Translations under genes and position numbers: made by a program
Assembly: GCA_977017575.1 (NCBI GenBank)
Contig: CDRNVI010000167.1
Location: 96,963 to 160,962 of the forward strand
Source of the DNA: Paramoeba atlantica
Taxonomy: Eukaryota > Protista > Discosea
Direction: 5' to 3'
Length of the DNA stretch: 64,000 nucleotides
The notes under the pieces: model-generated
What the model was told of the DNA's origin: nothing
The model's input: the letters and a program-made list of their open reading frames with translations, nothing else
Databases searched by the model: none
Part shown: piece after piece, positions 1 to 12,739 of the stretch
How the letters are laid out: each line of letters starts with the position of its first letter
How positions within the stretch are numbered: position 1 is the first letter of the stretch

Positions 1-1600
1 ATAGCTTTTGAGATAAGCTTAAATTTTATCAAATAATCCATACAAGGAATAAGATAAATATTAATCATCTAAACTCTCTCATTGAAGCTGCCTTTCTTTT
101 GTTTAATTGCTGTTCCAACCTTTTGTATTTTCTTGATCACCTCTTCTCAATCTTTAATTGGGTTTATTCTTTAAGAAATTATAATTCCCAAGTATATAGT
201 CTTTTCTCTCAAATAATTAGCAAGGCATTTCAACTCAAGGGTCTTTTTCAATTGATAATACAAAACATTTATTGTAGTTGAGTTTAGCTTTAGTTCTTTG
301 TTCATATTCTTGGAAGATTAAAATTAAGGAATTTATAGATTGGATCTTGTGAAGGAAAAGGGCTAAATCATCCATAAACCCAGCAAGCTTCTTAAAGTCA
401 TCTCCATTGTTTTGAACAATAGAAGTGAAATGAAGCAGCTTTATTATACACCAGTCCAACTCTTGATGACTTTCTTTTGTATCTTATCATTCAATCCTAC
501 AGTTGAAAGCCATATATCTAACTCTTGCAGTACTTTAAATATAACTTCAAAGGCTTAGAGTGAAGTATTCAACCTAATCAACAATTTTATAAAAGCTTTG
601 TGGTTAATATAGTCATAGGTCTTACAAAAGTCAGTTTGGAGGATGATCATATCTTTGCCCTTTACCACAGTTTCCATAAACCCATCATGTATCAATTCCA
701 CTATATTATCAATAGACCTTCCAGCAAACATAGCATTTTGTTCAAGGAAAATCACCTCTCTAGCACTTTCCATCAATTACTTGATCTAATATCTCATTAC
801 AATCCAATAATCAGAATTAATAATACTTATTGGTTGAAATTGGTCACGATAAGAAATATTCTCAATCTTGGGTAGCAACATAAGTTGACTCTCCCCAAAT
901 GATTTAAGAAAATCTATTAATTCTCCAGCTCTTTAGATAAGTTCACACCACATATCACACAATTGTTCACTTGTCACTTTGTAGAGAGTAAAGGGAATAC
1001 CATCTGGGCCAGCACTTGAATTATTACACCATTGCAGCAGTTTATCAACCTTGACCCCATCAACAATATGATAATCAACCTTAAGAAACTAAGGTTTATA
1101 GTTTTCAATCAACTTCTAAAGAAAGTCCTTGTTGTACAGCCTCACTGAGCTTAAAAGATTCCCTCAAAATTCTTTAATTGCTTTCTAGACCATACCATTA
1201 TCTCTGGAAATGACCCCATCCACAACAATTCCTTTAACCCTTAGGGATGATCTCACTTTAGGCCTCACAGAGTGATTGTTAATAAAGATCCCCAACTGTT
1301 CTTCAATACATTCAATCTTCTTGAATGCTGCAGAAATCATTCTAAGGATTATTCCTCTCCTCCACAACTTCCCTTTCTTCAGACTCTTCCAACCAAAAGA
1401 GGTTTGATCCAACAGACCCATTTCAAGGGAAGAGTATGGCCTCTGAACAGTAGATTTTCTAAAAATGTGAGAATTGCAAAGGGATCTTACAAGAGAATGG
1501 ATCTTTCACAGTTTTCTAAACAATGCTATCTCAATGTTTCTCTCTCTCCAGTAGGGAACTAATTCCCAAGCTGTAATCTTGAACTTAATCAAAGTACTGA
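1..1600 (-). mobile_element. Decayed LINE family A fragment (RT region), running off the window edge
   Basis: Reverse complement aligns to the LINE at about 18745-20390; ORF fragments include EQNAMFAGRSIDN, LQTDFCKTYDY and AGFMDDLAL; many stops. Confidence 0.93.
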
Positions 1601-1616
1601 TTGCTTTTTCATAGAA

Positions 1617-1881
1617 GATTGAACAGCCTTGTCAAACTTCAGTTCTACATAATAGAGTCTGCAAGAGAGGAGTGAGGTTTTCCTCCAATTGAGGCTAACC
1701 AGGTTTTAGAGGGGTGAAGTACTTTTTCAATCACAAAAATGGCTTGAGAAGGAATCTTCAACCTCTTTAAAATGTGAATCAGAGCATCACAGTTTATATA
1801 ATCATAAGCCTTGCAGAAGTCAGTTTGGAAGAGAGTAAGATTTTGTTCATTGGCCAAAGCCTTATAAAAGGCATCATAAAT
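1617..1881 (-). mobile_element. LINE family B RT fragment (left half of the LINE-B copy split by Gypsy-A)
   Basis: Matches 33925-34190 (LFQTDFCKAYDY motif). It ends about 25 bp before the LINE-B position at which 27147 resumes. Confidence 0.85.
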
Positions 1882-4800
1882 AGATGTTGGTGAATTCTGC
1901 CTATTTTCCCTGACTGATTTTGGATTATTAGTGAGAAAGTTCTAGTTTTTGTGATTTTTCCCTCCTTTTCTTAAGGTGGTGACTTTCAAACCTCTTCTTT
2001 TGTGACTTCTTTTGTTTTGTTTCATCCCTTTGTGACTTTTGAGGATATTTGAGACCTAAATAACATTTGGAAACTTGTTTCTCTTTTCTTGGCTCTGTTT
2101 TGGTCAATTTTTGAGAAAAAGAACCTTGATTTGAAGCACTTGTGTTTTGGAATCGATTTTTGCATTGATTTTGTGCCTCATTCTCTTTCCTTGTTAATTT
2201 TCAAGGTTATTTAAAGCTTCAAACAAATTTTTGGAAATTTATCTTGATTTTTGACCTTGTTTTGTTGGAATTTCTAGAAATTTCCTCTCTTTGGGTGAAT
2301 TCTGTTCCAAGGCTGTTTTCTTGTTGGTTTTTCCCTCTTTGTTTGTTTTTTATTGATTCTCAAGGTGATTCAAAGCTTTTGACAAATTTTTAGAATTCAA
2401 TTCTCTCTTTTGACTTTGTTTTGGTGGAATCTCTGAAAAAAGAAAAATACTCTTATTTGAAACAATTGAGCTTCAAAGTTGTTTTCTTTTGATTTTGCTT
2501 TTCAACCTTGCTTTTTGACGATTACTAGAACAATTCAAAGTCCCTTGTGAATTTTCAGAATTTGATTCTCTCTCTGGACCTTATTTTGAATTGGATTCCC
2601 CTTTTAATCTTGTTCTTGTGGAATTTGCAAAAAGACTTATTTGAATCAATTGTGTTTCAGACATGTGTTCTCAACAGTTTTCTCTTTTATTTTGTTATGG
2701 GCAATTCTTGAAGTGTTTGGAAGCTTTTGGTGACCTTTCAGAAATTTATTCCTTGTTTTAACCTTGTTCTGGTGGAATTTCTAAAAGATTTCTCTCTTTG
2801 AGTTCTTGTGTTTTGAAAGATTTCTCTCTTTGAGCCTTTTGTGTTTTGGAATTGTTTTTGGACAGTTTCTTTTCCCTTTCTTGTTTGTTGGTGACTCTTG
2901 AGGTGTTTGGGAGTTACCAAGTGGCTTTTCAGAAGGTTATCCTTTATTCTGATCTTGTTCTAGCAAAATTTTCAAAGAACCTCTGTTTTAGACAATTTGA
3001 GACAATTATGTTTGGACTTGTTTTCTCTAGTGATTTCTTTCTCTTTATTTTGTCCCCTAGCAATCTCCAAGACATTTTAAACAATCCTTGTAATTTTTAG
3101 AAATTTATCCTCCTTTCTAGGTCTGTTCTCATGGAAATTCAAAAACTTCCCCACAATGATTAGATCTTGTTTTGAACTGTTCTTTTAAGTGGTTTTTTCT
3201 TCCCTTCTCTTGCTTTTCAATGATTCTAGTGGCAACCTTAAGACTCTTGATAATTTCTGAAGTTCTATTCCCTTTTTGAAGTTGTTTGAGCAATATTTTG
3301 GAAACACCTCATTTTGGTTGGTTCTGAGCAAGGTCATCCAGATCAGTTCTATTCTGTGGTTTTCTTTCCTCTTATTTTGTTCTTAGTTGATCTTTAAAAC
3401 ATCTTGAACAATCCTCATAATTTTTGGAAATTTACCTACTGTTTTGTGCCCTGTTTACAGAATTTTTAAGAACCACACATTGACTGGATCATCCTCTGAA
3501 TTGCTCTGCTCAGTAGCTTTATTGTTTTTATTTTGTTCTTTGATGATTCTATTAGCATTAAAAGGTTTTCAACAAATTTAAGAAGTTTGTTTCCCTCTTT
3601 TGAGCCTGTTTGAGTGACACTCCAGAAATACCCTGTTTGGCCAATTTTTAAGTTAATTAAATTTGAAGTTATTTCCTTTAGTGGTCTTTTGGTTCTCTGC
3701 TTACTCCTTTGGCAATTTGCAAAACATTGTTACTCCTTTTGATGATTTCTTAAGAAATCCTTTTGATGATTTCTTAAGAAATTACCCTCAATCTCAGTTT
3801 TGTTTTGGTGGTATTTTGGAAAGTTTTGTTTGTGTGACTATAAGGATTCTTGATTTTTCTTTTGTGACCTGTTGATTTTGAGTGTGTTCTCCCCTTCATC
3901 CTTGAGTTGAATTTGTGGACAATCTTTCTTGTAGAATTTTGTGGGACAGGAAAGACCTTTCTAAGATCATATTCTTTCTGAATCATTTTTGAGCCAATTC
4001 TTGGATTCTCAAATATTTCATCTGATTTCCTAAGTTTGCAATTGAATCTTGCATGGTTTGAGTCAGTATTGGTGACAAATCACTTCTAAATTTATTGAAG
4101 TTCTCTCTTGGATTGGACTTTCTTTAGAAACAATCCCTTTATTGGTTATTCTGGACTCTCATTGTTCTATGGGCTCTAAGTTTCAGATATTCTCTTGTAT
4201 TTTCTGCCAGAGTGACTTCCTGTTTTTGTATTTGGATTACTGAGTTCTTTTGTGGTTTTGTTTGCTCTTTACCCAAGCGAAACAATGAGACACTCCTCTC
4301 TTTTGAACTCTTTTCCATTGTTTTAGAGTGGAAGTTTTGGAATTTCTCACTGTTTTTCAGTCCTGAAACCTTACAGTTCCATCCTGCTTGGCAATTTTCG
4401 AGTTTCTGGCATCTTGTTCCTTTTTTCTTTTGAATTGAGTGACAACATAAGACATTTTTGAATTATTGCTGTTGGATAATCATTTGTTTGCTGGGATTTT
4501 TTAGGATTATTTTTTTCTTGATTCCTTTGATTCCTTCTGTGTTGTTTCTAGTCACTGAACTTTCTTGTATTTCTCTGATTTGTTCATTATTGGAACTGTT
4601 TGTGACAAAGTCCTTTCGAACTCTTTCTATTTTTGGATTTTGTGGATTTTTGAGCATCTCAGAAGTCTAGTTTTCTTCAATCAGTATTCATTTTGGCAAA
4701 ATCCCTTGAATCTTTGTAGTTTAATTCCTTTGCCTGGATTGAGGAATTGAATTTTCTAGAAATCTTCTTTGAAATTACTAGCTTATTATATAGAGAATCC

Positions 4801-5045
4801 TTTGTTTTGATTTCTTTCTTGAGTTACCTTGTCTAACTAGACCAACCTTGAATTATACACTGTATTTTGTGACTCTAGGATATTTTGTTTTTTGTCCAGC
4901 CTGAATTGGATCTATGACTTTTGTGACTTCTGTGACTTCTGTGACTTCTATGAGTTCTGTGACTTCTGTGACTCCTGTGACTACATACAACTATTTCGTT
5001 TGTTTGGAATCTTGGATCATATTTTTTTTTCAAGAAATTATCATC
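1882..5045 (+). repeat. About 3.1-kb T-rich 5' leader of Gypsy-A built from degenerate tandem units
   Basis: Recurrent GAAATTTATyCy...CTTGTT(C/T)TGGTGGAATTT-like units; 2415-5170 aligns in reverse to about 12560-9870 of the non-autonomous copy. Confidence 0.7.
4913..4984 (+). repeat. 9-bp minisatellite (TGTGACTTC consensus), 8 units
   Basis: Direct count; the homologous site at about 10055-10090 has 4 units. Confidence 0.9.
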
Positions 5046-7600
5046 ATGCCAACTGAGAAGCGAAACTGTAATGAGCCCACAGAAGAAGCCAAGAAGAGGA
5101 GGAAGATGTTGATGGAAACCATAACCTTGAAATAAGTTTTGAGTTTCACTACAAAGTTGGATTCACTCACTGGAGATTTTGTACAGTTTACAAAGGAATT
5201 GCAGTGCTTGCAAGATATCCATGGTTGGGACAACTTTCTCACCTTCAAGATTTTCAACACAAAATGGATCAGCAATCAATTTGTAGATCTTGATGAAATC
5301 CACAGTTTTGAGGACCTCTACTATCTTCGAAACATTTTTGGTGCTTCTGTTGGGGTGAGACCTGCTTCCAACACGGAAGTTGTGCCTTTCAGTGCCTTTT
5401 CAGTTCCCTGAGCCTTCCCTGAGCTTCCTTGATGCCTTTTATCATGAGTTTTGGTCCTTTCGGAGAGCCCTGAGCCTCACAGACAGCCGCGCGCCATTTT
5501 ATCGTGATTTTAGCCAAAATCACGAGATTTTTAGCGCTCTTTTTATTCAGTTTTCGCGTTCGCGTTTTTGCTTCCTTTTCTTGCCGCTTTGCCGCTTTCT
5601 GCTTTCTTTCTGCTTTCTTGTCGCTCTCTCTCTCTCTTTGCTTTCCTTTGTGATCTTTTGGCTTGCTTTGCTTGCTTTCTGTTCTCTTCTTTGGTTGTCA
5701 TCATCTTTTGTTGCTTTCTTCCTTCTTTGGTTGCTGTGTAGACTTGGGATTCCGATTTGAGTTGAGTTTCGGCGATTCTGTGCTTTTCTCAGTTGTGATT
5801 CCTTTTGTTGTTCTTCTTCTTGCTTTTCTGTTTCTTTGTTGTTGTTTTCTTGTTCTGTTTGTGTTGGCTGGGGATCTTTCCCATAAAGGTTTTGATCCAG
5901 AGTTTCTGTTTCTCTTTCTTTTCTCTTGTTTTCTCTGTTGATCCTGCTCCCCTCCTCACACTTCAACCCCTCCAGAGGTGGCAGAAACTCAGGCAATACA
6001 AGATTTACAGAAGCTGAAACCTGAGGATTTCAAAACCTGTGTAGACTACAATTGGGCCTTCTTCAATTTCACCAACAAAACAAAATTGCTAGTTAAAGAT
6101 GTCCAAAAGATTTATGCTGGGAAGCTCCCTTTCAGCCCTAATGAAGTGTCAAGAATAGTAAAACACAATTCAGGGAACAACATGAAATTTATGGAATGGT
6201 TGAAGGACAAGGAGTATGTGGACAGAGTGTGGCAGAAAGCAAAATCAGAATCCAAGTCTTCAAGCTCAAAGAACAGGGATCCTGACCAACATGCAGTGGT
6301 GAACACTCTTTCAAAACAGTCAGATGCAATGCAAGCAGTTTTGCAGAAGGGGACCTCTTTTCAATGTTCATTTTGCAGGCTGTTACAACATTCCACCTCA
6401 GATTGTCAGTACAAGGCAAATATTGAGGCTCTCCAAAAACAATAAATATAACAAGCACAACAAGCTCTTCAGCAACAAATCTATCAATCTTCTCAGCAAC
6501 AATTTCAACAATCTCCAGTGCAACAATTTCCCCAAGGACAATTTCAACAATCTCTTGTGCAACAGTTTCCAACAGTTTTAACTACAAGTGGACAACCAAA
6601 CTCTCTTCAACCTCCAACAGGAAGAGGGAGGATTTGTGACTTTTGTGGGAAATCTGAACAGATGTGGAAGATTGTTACTCATGATGCTGAGGCTGGGGCT
6701 GAGGATGTGGTAGAGGTCAGTTTGGTTCTTTTCAAGGGAAGTGCTTCACATGTGGTGCCTTAGGACATAAGGCCATGCATTGTCTGAAATCTGGTGCAGC
6801 TGGACCTCTATTTGAAAATACACCCCTGACAACAGCATTAACCCAACAAAATTCAAGACAAGCTGGCATCTTACCAACACCCCAAGCCATAACACATCAA
6901 CCACCTGAGTTTTGGAATCCAAGCACAACTGTGGGAACAATCCAACCAACCCCTGGTACAACATTTCTTCCTATACAACCAACTGAGACCAACAATACTC
7001 CTGTCACACCTTGTCAGGCAATACAATACCAACAACCTCAGGAAGCCTTACCACAACTTGAGCAAGCTCTATCTCAATCTCAACCACTGGCATCACAACC
7101 TCAATCCCACACTCTTGCTCAATTACAACAACTTCTCCTTGATTCCCAACAAACAACCAGTCAACTCAATCCTCAAATCCTTCAAAGGTAACAACAACTA
7201 ATTTTGGATCAAATACAACAATAGCAACAGTTACAGAGACAGCAACCTCAACAACCTTGAACTCAATCAACAAAACAGGATTTTCAGCCTGGGGGCACAG
7301 GGAACACCCCCTCATAAAATCTTCTCATTTAACTTCCACAGATTTTGTACAATTCTCTCAACAATCTTCTTTCAGGTTTTCTCAATTTTCTCAACTCTCT
7401 CAACTGGTTCAACAAGTTCCTCAACAACCTTCTCTTGAATCTCTGCAATTCTCTCAATCTACTCAACCTGCTCAACAAATTCCTTGACAATCCTCTCTCG
7501 AATCTTCTCAACTCTCTCAATCTCTTCTTTTGGTTTCTCAACAATCTCAATGTCAAACCTCTCAATTTCCCCAATCTGAAGTGCAACTTCCCCTGACTTG
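5046..7600 (+). pseudogene. gag: Gypsy-A gag with three CCHC zinc knuckles and a Q/S-rich extension, split by a solo LTR
   Basis: ATG at 5046 (MPTEK...); frame rejoins across the LTR (GAS/TPPEVAET). Knuckles: CSFCRLLQHSTSDC at 6365, CDFCGKSE(H)DVEDC at 6635 (1-nt deletion), CFTCGALGHKAMHC at 6742. Confidence 0.85.
5348..5960 (+). mobile_element. Solo LTR, family A (613 bp), 4-bp TSD CTTC
   Basis: TGTTGGGG...CTCACA, flanked by CTTC at 5344-5347 and 5961-5964; CpGs largely retained. Confidence 0.96.
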
Positions 7601-8097
7601 TGTTGCACCACCTGTTCAACCAAATCTCTAATTAAAGAACTCACAAGTCAAGACACAATCTGTTTCAGTGATTCAAGGCCCTCCCAACTCAGTGGAAGTG
7701 ACAAAACAAAGAAAAAAGTGGAAAACCACCTTGAAATTGATGCAGTTGAACTTAACACTGATACACCCTTATTGGTGAAAGGAAAATTGGGAAACAAAGA
7801 AGTGGTGTTTGCAATTGATTCTGGAGTGACAGTTGACTGCATTAGTAGTGATTTTTACTAGAAACATTTTAGTCACTTAACCTTAGAAAAAGCGAGAACA
7901 TTTGAGTCAATTTCTCTCAGCTGGTGGTGATGCTTTACAACATTTGGGGAGAGTAGCCTTGCCAGTTGTTTTGGGATCTGTGAAGAGGAACATTTATTTC
8001 TTTGTCTTGAACAATTTGACTTTGGATGTGATTTTGGGCCTGGGTTACCAAGTTGATGTGGGTTTGGATATTATGAACAGCTATGGATTTGTGATTC
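7598..8097 (+). pseudogene. pol: Gypsy-A aspartic protease (continues at 13364-13385 and from 14011)
   Basis: LLVKGKLGNKEVVFAIDSGVTVDCIS; the reading continues GFVI/PHGGIP/VPFFVK when both inserts are removed. Confidence 0.85.
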
Positions 8098-8718
8098 TGT
8101 GAGGAGGGGAGCAGGATCAATAGAGAAAACAAGAGAAAAAAAAGAGAAACAGAAACTCTGGATCAAAACCTTTATGGGAAAGATCCCCAGCCAACACAAA
8201 CAGAACAAGAAAACAACAACAAAGAAACAGAAAAGCAAGAAGAACAACAAAAGGAATTACAACTGATAAAAGCATAGAATTGTCAAAACTCAACTCAAAT
8301 CAGAATCCCAAGTTTACACAGCAACCAAAGAAGGAAGAAAGCAACAAAAGATAATGACAACAAAAGAAGAGAACAGAAAGCAAGCAAGGCAAGTTAAAAG
8401 ATCACAGAGGAAAGCAAAGAGAGAGAGAGAGAGTGACAAGAAAGCAGAAAGAAAGCAAAAAACAGCAAAGTGGCAAGAAAGGGGGGAAAAATGCAAACAT
8501 GAAAACTGAATAAAAAGAGTGCTAAAAATCTCATGATTTTGGCTAAAATCATGATAAAATGGCATGCAGCTGTCTGTGAGGCTCAGGGCTCTCCAAAAGG
8601 ACCAAAACTCATGATAAAAGGCATCAAAGAAGCTCAGGGAAGGTTCAGGGAGGCTCAAGGAACTGAAAAGGTACTGAAAGGCACAACTTCCATGTTGGAA
8701 GCAGATCTCACCCCAACA
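8098..8718 (-). repeat. 3' LTR of the non-autonomous element
   Basis: TG...CA termini, preceded on the minus strand by the PPT. Confidence 0.95.
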
Positions 8719-8729
8719 CCTCCCCCTTT
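8719..8729 (-). promoter_or_regulatory. Polypurine tract AAAGGGGGAGG
   Basis: Abuts the 3' LTR; the same tract precedes the LTR at 26519. Confidence 0.88.
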
Positions 8730-9303
8730 AAAACAAAACAAGAGTGTGGGGTTGCAGGGGCCAAGAGAAAAGAGGCCAGAAACTCAACAGGGTCCAAAAA
8801 GATGAAAGAAATCCATGGGAATCCACAAAATCAGAATCAATTCTCTGACCATGCAATCAAAAGAAGGGAATCAGCAGCAGAAGACCCAAGGAATCAATTC
8901 AGGGTGTCAACAAATTGCAAAATGCAGCTCACCAAGGGGGATGACAGAAGAATAAAACAAACAAAACACAAAACAAAACACAAAAAAGAGAACAAACACA
9001 AAACACAATGGCTGGGGACTTACTTGAAAAAAAAATGTTTTGATATATTTAGGACCTCTGTCCAGGGAAACCAGTAAACCCAAATCTTCATCATATTTAC
9101 AGCATTCACAATATTTACAGTCTCCCAGGGAAAGCATAACAGGATTGCAATTCTTGAAACCAATATTCCAAACCAGTCACATAGTCAAAACAATCTTCAA
9201 AATTGATTAATAGCAAAGACAACCAAATCTCAAACAACAAAAGAAAGGAAACAACTCAATAAAGAGAAGCAATGTGGGTCATCCAACCACAAAAGTTAAT
9301 TTC

Positions 9304-9993
9304 TCATCCCAGAAAGTCTGAATCCGAGTCCTCATCCAATACCAGCCTGTTCAACTCAAAACTTTCCTTTTCACTTGTCTCCATTTCTGAATCTGGACTT
9401 TCTTTTCTTTCACTTAATTCTTCCTCAAATCTTGAATCTTCCTCTTCCAACTCAATATCAGAACTTGATTCTTCTTCTCTACCTACTGCTGAAGTGATTG
9501 CATTTGTTCTCCTAAACTGGAAAAGAAGGTGATTTCCTTTCAATGAAGCTGCTCCAACCCATGAATTCTTCTTTTGGCCATAACCTAACCATTCAACTAA
9601 ATATTCTTTTTTCTCATTACCTCTTTCAGCAAGTATTTTTGTTATCTCAACTCCTGGTACATCTTGCAAAGTTGTGACTCTACATTTCTGAACTCTTCTG
9701 ACATTCATGAGGTGCAGCAGTATTTCTTGAGAATGGATGTTTCTGAGGGCAACAGCATGATTATTGGGCTTTTCTACCACCTGGTAAATTACATTCCCAT
9801 ATCTTGGTAATAATTTCAGGTTGAGGCCTTTCTTCTTGAGTTTTCTCTTACACAAAACTAAATCTCCAGTGAGTGAATCCAACTTTGTAGTGAAACTCAA
9901 AACTTGTTTCAAGGTTGTGGTTTCCATCACCATCTTCCTCCTCTTCTTGGCTTCTTCTGTGGGCTCATTACAGTTTTGCTTCTCAGTTGGCAT
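9304..9993 (-). CDS. Open 229-aa Gag N-terminus::integrase C-terminus (chromodomain plus acidic tail) fusion
   Basis: ATG at 9993; MPTEK...DSLTGD (gag start, cf. 5046) is fused in frame to LVLCKRK...KEYLVEWLGYGQKKNSW...DSDFLG (cf. 25375-25934); no internal stops. Confidence 0.75.
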   Translation of the reverse strand: MPTEKQNCNEPTEEAKKRRKMVMETTTLKQVLSFTTKLDSLTGDLVLCKRKLKKKGLNLKLLPRYGNVIYQVVEKPNNHAVALRNIHSQEILLHLMNVRRVQKCRVTTLQDVPGVEITKILAERGNEKKEYLVEWLGYGQKKNSWVGAASLKGNHLLFQFRRTNAITSAVGREEESSSDIELEEEDSRFEEELSERKESPDSEMETSEKESFELNRLVLDEDSDSDFLG

Positions 9994-12727
9994 GATGATA
10001 ATCTCCTGAAAAAAAAATATGATCCAAGATTCTAAACAAATGAAATAGTTGCATGTAGTTATAGGAGTCACAGAAGTCACAGAACTCATGGATCCAATTC
10101 AGACTGGACAAAAAATAAGATGTTCCAGAGTCACAAAATACAGTGTATAATTCAAGGTTGGTCCAATCAGACAAGGTAACTCAAGAAAGAAATCGAAACA
10201 AAGGATTCTCCACACAATAAGCCAGTAATTTCAAAGAAGATTTCCAGAAAATTCGATTCCTCAATTCAAACAAAGGAATTGGACCACAAAGATTCAAGGG
10301 ATTTCACCAGAATGAATACTGGTTGAAGAAAACTAGACTTCTGGGATGCTCAAAAATCCACAAAATCCAAAAACAGAAGGAGTTTGAAAGGACTTTGTCA
10401 CAAACAGTTCCAATAATGAACAAATCAGAGAAATACAAGAAAGTTCGGCAACTGGAAACAGCACAGAAGGAATCAAAGGAATTAAGAAAAAATAATCCCA
10501 GAAAATCCCAGCAAACAAATGATTATCCAACAGCAATAATCCAAAAATGTCTTATGTTGTCACTCAATTCAAAAGAAAGGGGAACAAGATGCCAGAAACT
10601 CGAAAATTGCCAAGCAGGATGGAATTGTAAGGTTTCAGGGCTGAAAAACAGTGAGAAATTCCAAAACTTCCACTCTAAAACAACAGGAAAGAGTTCAGAA
10701 GAGAGGGGTGTCTTGTTATCTCACTTGGGTAAAGAGCAAACAAGACCACAAAAGAACTCAGTAATCCAAATACAAAAACAGGGAGTCACTCTGGCAGAAA
10801 ATACAAGAGAATATCCAAAACTTGGAGCCCACAGAAAAATGAGAGTCTAGAATAACCAACAAAGGGATTGTTTTTGAAGAAGGTCCAATTCAAGAGAGAA
10901 CTTCAATAAATTTAGAAGTGATTTGTCACCAATACTGACTCAAACAATGCAAGGTTCAATCACAAACTTAGGAAATCAGATGAAATATTTGAGAATCCAA
11001 GAATTGGCTCAAAAATGATTCAGAAAGAATATGATCTCAGAAAGGTCTTTTCTGTCTCACAAAATTCTATAAGAAAGGTTGTCTACAAATTCAACTCAAG
11101 GATGAAGAGGAGAACACACTCAAAATCAGCAGGTTACAAAAGAAAAAATTAGGAATCCTCACAGTCACACAAACAAAACTTTCCAAAATACCACCAAAAC
11201 AGAACTGAGATTGAGGGTAATTTCTTAAGAAATTGTCAAAAGGAGTAACAATGTTTTGCAAATCGCCAAAGAAGTAAGCAGAGAACCAAAAGACCACTAA
11301 AGAAAATGACTTCAAATTTAATTAATTTGAAAATTGGCCAAACAAGGTATTTCTGGAGTGTCACTCAAACAGGCTCAAAAGAGGAGAACAAACTTTTCAA
11401 ATTTGTTAAAAACCTTTTAATGCTAATAGAATTGTTGAAGAACAAAACAAAAACAATAAAGCTACTGAGCAGAGCAATTCAGAAGGTGATTTAGTCAATG
11501 TGTGGTTTTTAAAAATTCCGCAAACAGGGCACAAAACAGTGGGTAAATTTCCAAAAATTATGAGGATTGTTCAAGATGTTTCAAAGATCAACTAAGAACA
11601 AAATAAGAGGAAAGAAAACCATGGAATAGAACTGATCTGGATGACCTTGCTCAGAACTGGCCAAAACAGGGTATTTCTAAAATATTGCTCAAACAACTTC
11701 AAAAAGGGAATAGAACTTCAGAAATTATCAAGAGTCTTAGGTTGCCACTAGAATCATTGAAAAGCAAGAGAAGGGAAGAGAAAACCACTCAAAAGAACAG
11801 TTCAAAACAAGATCCAATCACTGTGGGGAAGTTTTCGAATCTCTGCAAGAACAGGCCCAGAAAGGAGGATAAATTTCCAAAAATTACAAGGATTGTTTGA
11901 AATGTCTTGGAGATTGCCAGGAGACAAAATAAAGGGAAAGAAATCACTGGAGAAAACAAGTCTAAATATAATTGTCTCAAATTGTCCAAAACAGAGGTTC
12001 TTTGAAAATTTCACTGGAACAAGATCAGAATAGGGGATAACCTTCTGAAAAGCCACTTGGTAACTTCCAAACACCTCAAGAGTCACCAACAAACAAGAAA
12101 GGGAAAAGAAACTGTCCAAAAAACAATTCCAAAACACAAAGGGCTCAAAGAGAGAAATCTTCCAAAACACAAGAACTCAAAGAGAGAAATCTTTTAGAAA
12201 TTCCACCAGAACAAGGTCGAAATGAGGAATAAATTTCTAAAAGGTCACCAAAAGCTTCCAAACACTTCAAGAATTGCCCACAACAAAATAGAAGAGAAGA
12301 CTGTTGAGAATACACATCTGAAACACAATTGATTCAAATAAGTCTTTTTGCAAATTCCACAAGAACAAGGTCAAAAGGGGAATCCAATTCAAAATAAGGT
12401 CCAGAGAGAGAATCAAATTCTGAAAATTCACAAGGGACTTTGAATTGTTCTAGTAATCATCAAAAAGCAAGGTTGAAAAGCAAAATCAAAAGAAAACAAC
12501 TTTGAAGCTCAATTGTTTCAAATAAAAGTATTTTTCTTTTTTCAAAGATTCCACCAAAAAAATCAAGAGAAATGAAAAACCAATTTTCGCCATAAAATCT
12601 GGGTCCAAAAACATAAAAGAAACATGGGGAGAAAGGCCCAAAAAATGCACAGCCACTTTAGAAGGAGAAGAATCAAAAAAAGCAATCCTTGATAAATCGG
12701 AGTGCAATCAGTCTCACTGAAGTCACT

Positions 12728-12737
12728 GGGAGCACCA
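12728..12737 (-). promoter_or_regulatory. Primer-binding site TGGTGCTCCC (tRNA identity undetermined)
   Basis: 2 nt downstream of the 5' LTR; complementary to a tRNA-like 3' end GGGAGCACCA. Confidence 0.8.
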
Positions 12738-12739
12738 CA

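Noticed and set aside
1885-1895. TGTTGG as a remnant start of the host 5' LTR
   Set aside because: Only 6 bp match, and the preceding bases (TAGA) do not equal the expected TSD GATC.
6446-7560. Alternative genetic code (TAA/TAG = Gln), suggested by stops inside Q-rich frames
   Set aside because: The 704-aa transposase has no in-frame TAA/TAG and ends in TAA. Stops also replace Trp and Arg codons, which C>T/G>A decay explains.
10323-10850. 175-aa antisense ORF in the leader as a possible env or accessory gene
   Set aside because: The homologous region in the host copy (about 4200-4700) is broken, the composition is low-complexity, and I see no signal peptide or transmembrane pattern.
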